Shown here piece after piece: positions 61,471 to 64,000 of a stretch of DNA of 64,000 nucleotides; the first letter of the stretch is position 1, and each line of letters opens with the position of its first letter. A program made the position numbers and the translations under genes. This DNA is from Octopus vulgaris (taxonomy: Eukaryota). Under the pieces are notes generated by a model. It saw only the letters and a program-made list of their open reading frames with translations. It did not search any database and was not told the DNA's origin. The stretch spans positions 150,784,001 through 150,848,000 of the forward strand of contig OX597817.1 of NCBI GenBank assembly GCA_951406725.2. The letters are read 5' to 3'.

Positions 61471-63267
61471 TGTATATATGTGTGTGTGTGTGTGCGTGTG
61501 TGTGTGTGTTTGTGTGTATATTTTTGTGTGTCTGTGTTTGTCCCCCCAACATCGCTTGACAACTGATGATGATGTGTTTATGTCCCTGTAATCTAGCGGT
61601 TGGGCAAAAGAGACCGATAGAATAGGTACTAGGCATCCAAAAAATAAGTCCTGGGGTCGATTCGCTCGACTAACAGAGGTCCTCCAGCATGGCCACAGTC
61701 AAATGACTGAAACAAGTAAAAGAGTAAACAAATAAAGGTAAACAAATTTTAGTTTTGGCACAATTGTGACAGTTGAATTTATGGCTATGTTTACCTTGAC
61801 AGTTTCTCTAGATTATAACCAACTTCAACAAGTCATAATATCAAATTATGACAAGAAGGAATGAAAACACATTAAAAAAATATGTCAACTAAATGTCACA
61901 CAATGAAGGCACTTGACCAAGTGGTTAGAGTGTTGTGTTTGTGATCACAAGTTCATGGGTTCAATTCTCTAGCTGGGGGGTATGTCATGTCCTTCAGCAA
62001 GACTCTTCATTTCCTCTTGCTCCATTACACTAAGCTAAAAATTAGCACCAGTGGCACTGAAGGATCAACTCTGAAGCAGACTGGCATCGGGTTCAGGGGT
62101 AGTCATGTTCTCTTAGTCTAAATCCCTTAAAAACCCATTTAAGGTCCAGTTTCATGAGTCTAAAGTTCAAGCCAGTCTCACTTTTTATGTCAGGCTGAAA
62201 ACACTTCTTTTGTTTTCTTTTCTTCTTTTACTTCTTTCTGTGATTGGAGTGTGGCCATGCTGGGGCATTGCTTCGAAGGGTCTTAGTCAAACAAATCAAC
62301 CCCAGTATTTATTTATTTTTTTTTCTTGTCTGGTACTCACTCTATCAGATTTTCTGTTTTTTTGGTGAAAGGGCATGTCATTGATGAGGTTATGAATGGC
62401 AACAAAAGGACTTAATTGATTTATTGACTTAGCAATTAATCACACAATTGTTTAGTTAATTAGTTAAATGGTTAACCAACAATAATAAAAGAAGTGAAAT
62501 AGAATGAGTGTGTGTGTTTATTATTGACATAATGACCCTCCAAGAGACAGCAAAACCTGTTGTAACATGAGTTCATATCATGAATCTTGCAAACCAGTTA
62601 CAAAAGTGAAATATTTTAAGCTCTAGCTTAAGTTAGAAAGACTGGAAAACACTGTTCTGCTATCTTTTGGTCAGAATAACCATTTGACACTTCACTTCAA
62701 CTACAAAAATGAAACAAGTTTACAAATGCCCAAATTTTAAATAGAATTCATGCAAACTAATTATTTATTATCTGATAATCAAAATAATTGTTGTGCTAAT
62801 CAAGTTTAAAGGGTTATTTATTATTCAAGAGAACATATGTATGCAAACAAAATAACTGATTTGTTACATATAGAACAAACCCCACACATATGATTTTTAT
62901 CTTAACAAAGTTGCTAAGAGACAATAAAGCAAATGAAAGACATGGTTTCATTGATAGTAATCAGAAGAAAGGTGATAACTGGCCTAAATAAATGATTGAG
63001 ATATAGCTGAAATTAATTCTTGATAATCTACAAAAAAGCATATCACATTCTTTGTCTGTCTGCATGTTATGATAATGGAAGCATTGTGTCTGGTTGGTTG
63101 CTATAATGATTGTGAAGTAATTTAAAACTGCTCTACTTTCTAATCCAGTGGTTCTTAACCAGTGCAGTAATTCCTTCTTAGGAATGCTGTGAGACCACAA
63201 AAATGTAGCAAATGTCAAGTGGTGAGGTACTGAGTGTTTAGAAGGTTCATGGTTTTTCTTAAAAATC

Positions 63268-63605
63268 ATCATTCGTTTAATGTCCGTTTTCTATGCTAGC
63301 ATGGGTTGGATGATTTTGACTGAGGGCTGGCGAACCAGATGGCTGCACCAGGCTCCAATCTTGATCTGGCAGAGTTTCTACAGCTGGATGCCCTTCCTAA
63401 CGCCAACCAGTCCGAGAGTGTAGTGGGTGCTTTTTACAAGCCACCAGCACGGGGGCCAGTCAGGCGGTACTGGCAATGACCTCGCTCAAATCTTTTTACA
63501 CATGCCACCGGCACAAGTGCCAGTAAGGCGACGTTGATAACGATCACACTCAAATGGTGCCCTTTTACATGCCACGGCACGGGGGCCAGTCAGGCAGTAC
63601 TGGCA
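63268..63605 (-). mobile_element. RTE 3' UTR fragment with about 3 modules
   Basis: Family terminal sequence and ttttac..gccaccggcac modules. Confidence 0.82.
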
Positions 63606-63814
63606 AAATATTCAAACCAGATATAATAATACTTATAGTTTAGACACATTTTTGAAAACATTTTTGTCAGGTGTTTTCGGTTTTAAGTTATCTTGACAGA
63701 ATTTAGCACCAACATCATCATCGTTTAACATCCGTTTTCCACACTAGCAACACTGAAAGATAAATTAGAAGTGATTGAATCACTCTGCTACAGAAATGAA
63801 GGCTGCCATATTAA

Positions 63815-64000
63815 CTATATTGTTCTTTGTTCCTTCTTGAGCCATGCCTGGCTCATAGGGCCAGTTTCCCGGTTTCCTTGGCGTACAGATTCCCCACCTG
63901 GATGGGACTCCAGTCCATCACAGGTAAGCTGCAATATGCAGGAGGAAAGAGGGAGAGAAAGTTGTTGTGAAAGAGTCAGCAGAAGTTCACCATTACCTTC
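63815..64000 (-). mobile_element. SINE 3' part running off the window edge
   Basis: Minus strand cctgtgatggactggagtcccatccaggtggggaa...tatgagcc; tctttcacaacaactttctct is shared with the SINE at 11143-11520. Confidence 0.55.

Overview
AT-rich, repeat-dense eukaryotic DNA; the SINE and LINE families look like those of an octopus (coleoid cephalopod) genome, which is my recognition rather than a database result. Only one convincing protein-coding sequence is present: a single-exon, type II membrane glycosyltransferase of family GT61 (19958-21370, minus) whose motifs resemble plant core beta-1,2-xylosyltransferase more than EOGT. The rest is mostly three tRNA-derived SINE families, decayed LINEs (RTE, R4/Dong, Tx1, CR1/Jockey, Hero-like), Penelope-like remnants, mariner, hAT and piggyBac MITEs, two non-autonomous Helitrons and microsatellites. 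Two repeat-poor, CpG-richer stretches (about 43.6-43.9 kb and 60.1-60.7 kb) look like promoter or first-exon regions. The most interesting signals are: (i) an RTE 3' UTR built from 1-10 tandem ~60-nt modules, each with a hairpin and a predicted H-type pseudoknot; (ii) fold-back Penelope-like insertions, one with a minimal hammerhead fold carrying a swapped G3:C8 core pair; (iii) a 5'-inverted RTE insertion; (iv) a duplicated candidate first exon next to a perfect 26-bp palindrome. Coordinates of decayed repeats are approximate. SINE family labels A, B and C are my own working names.
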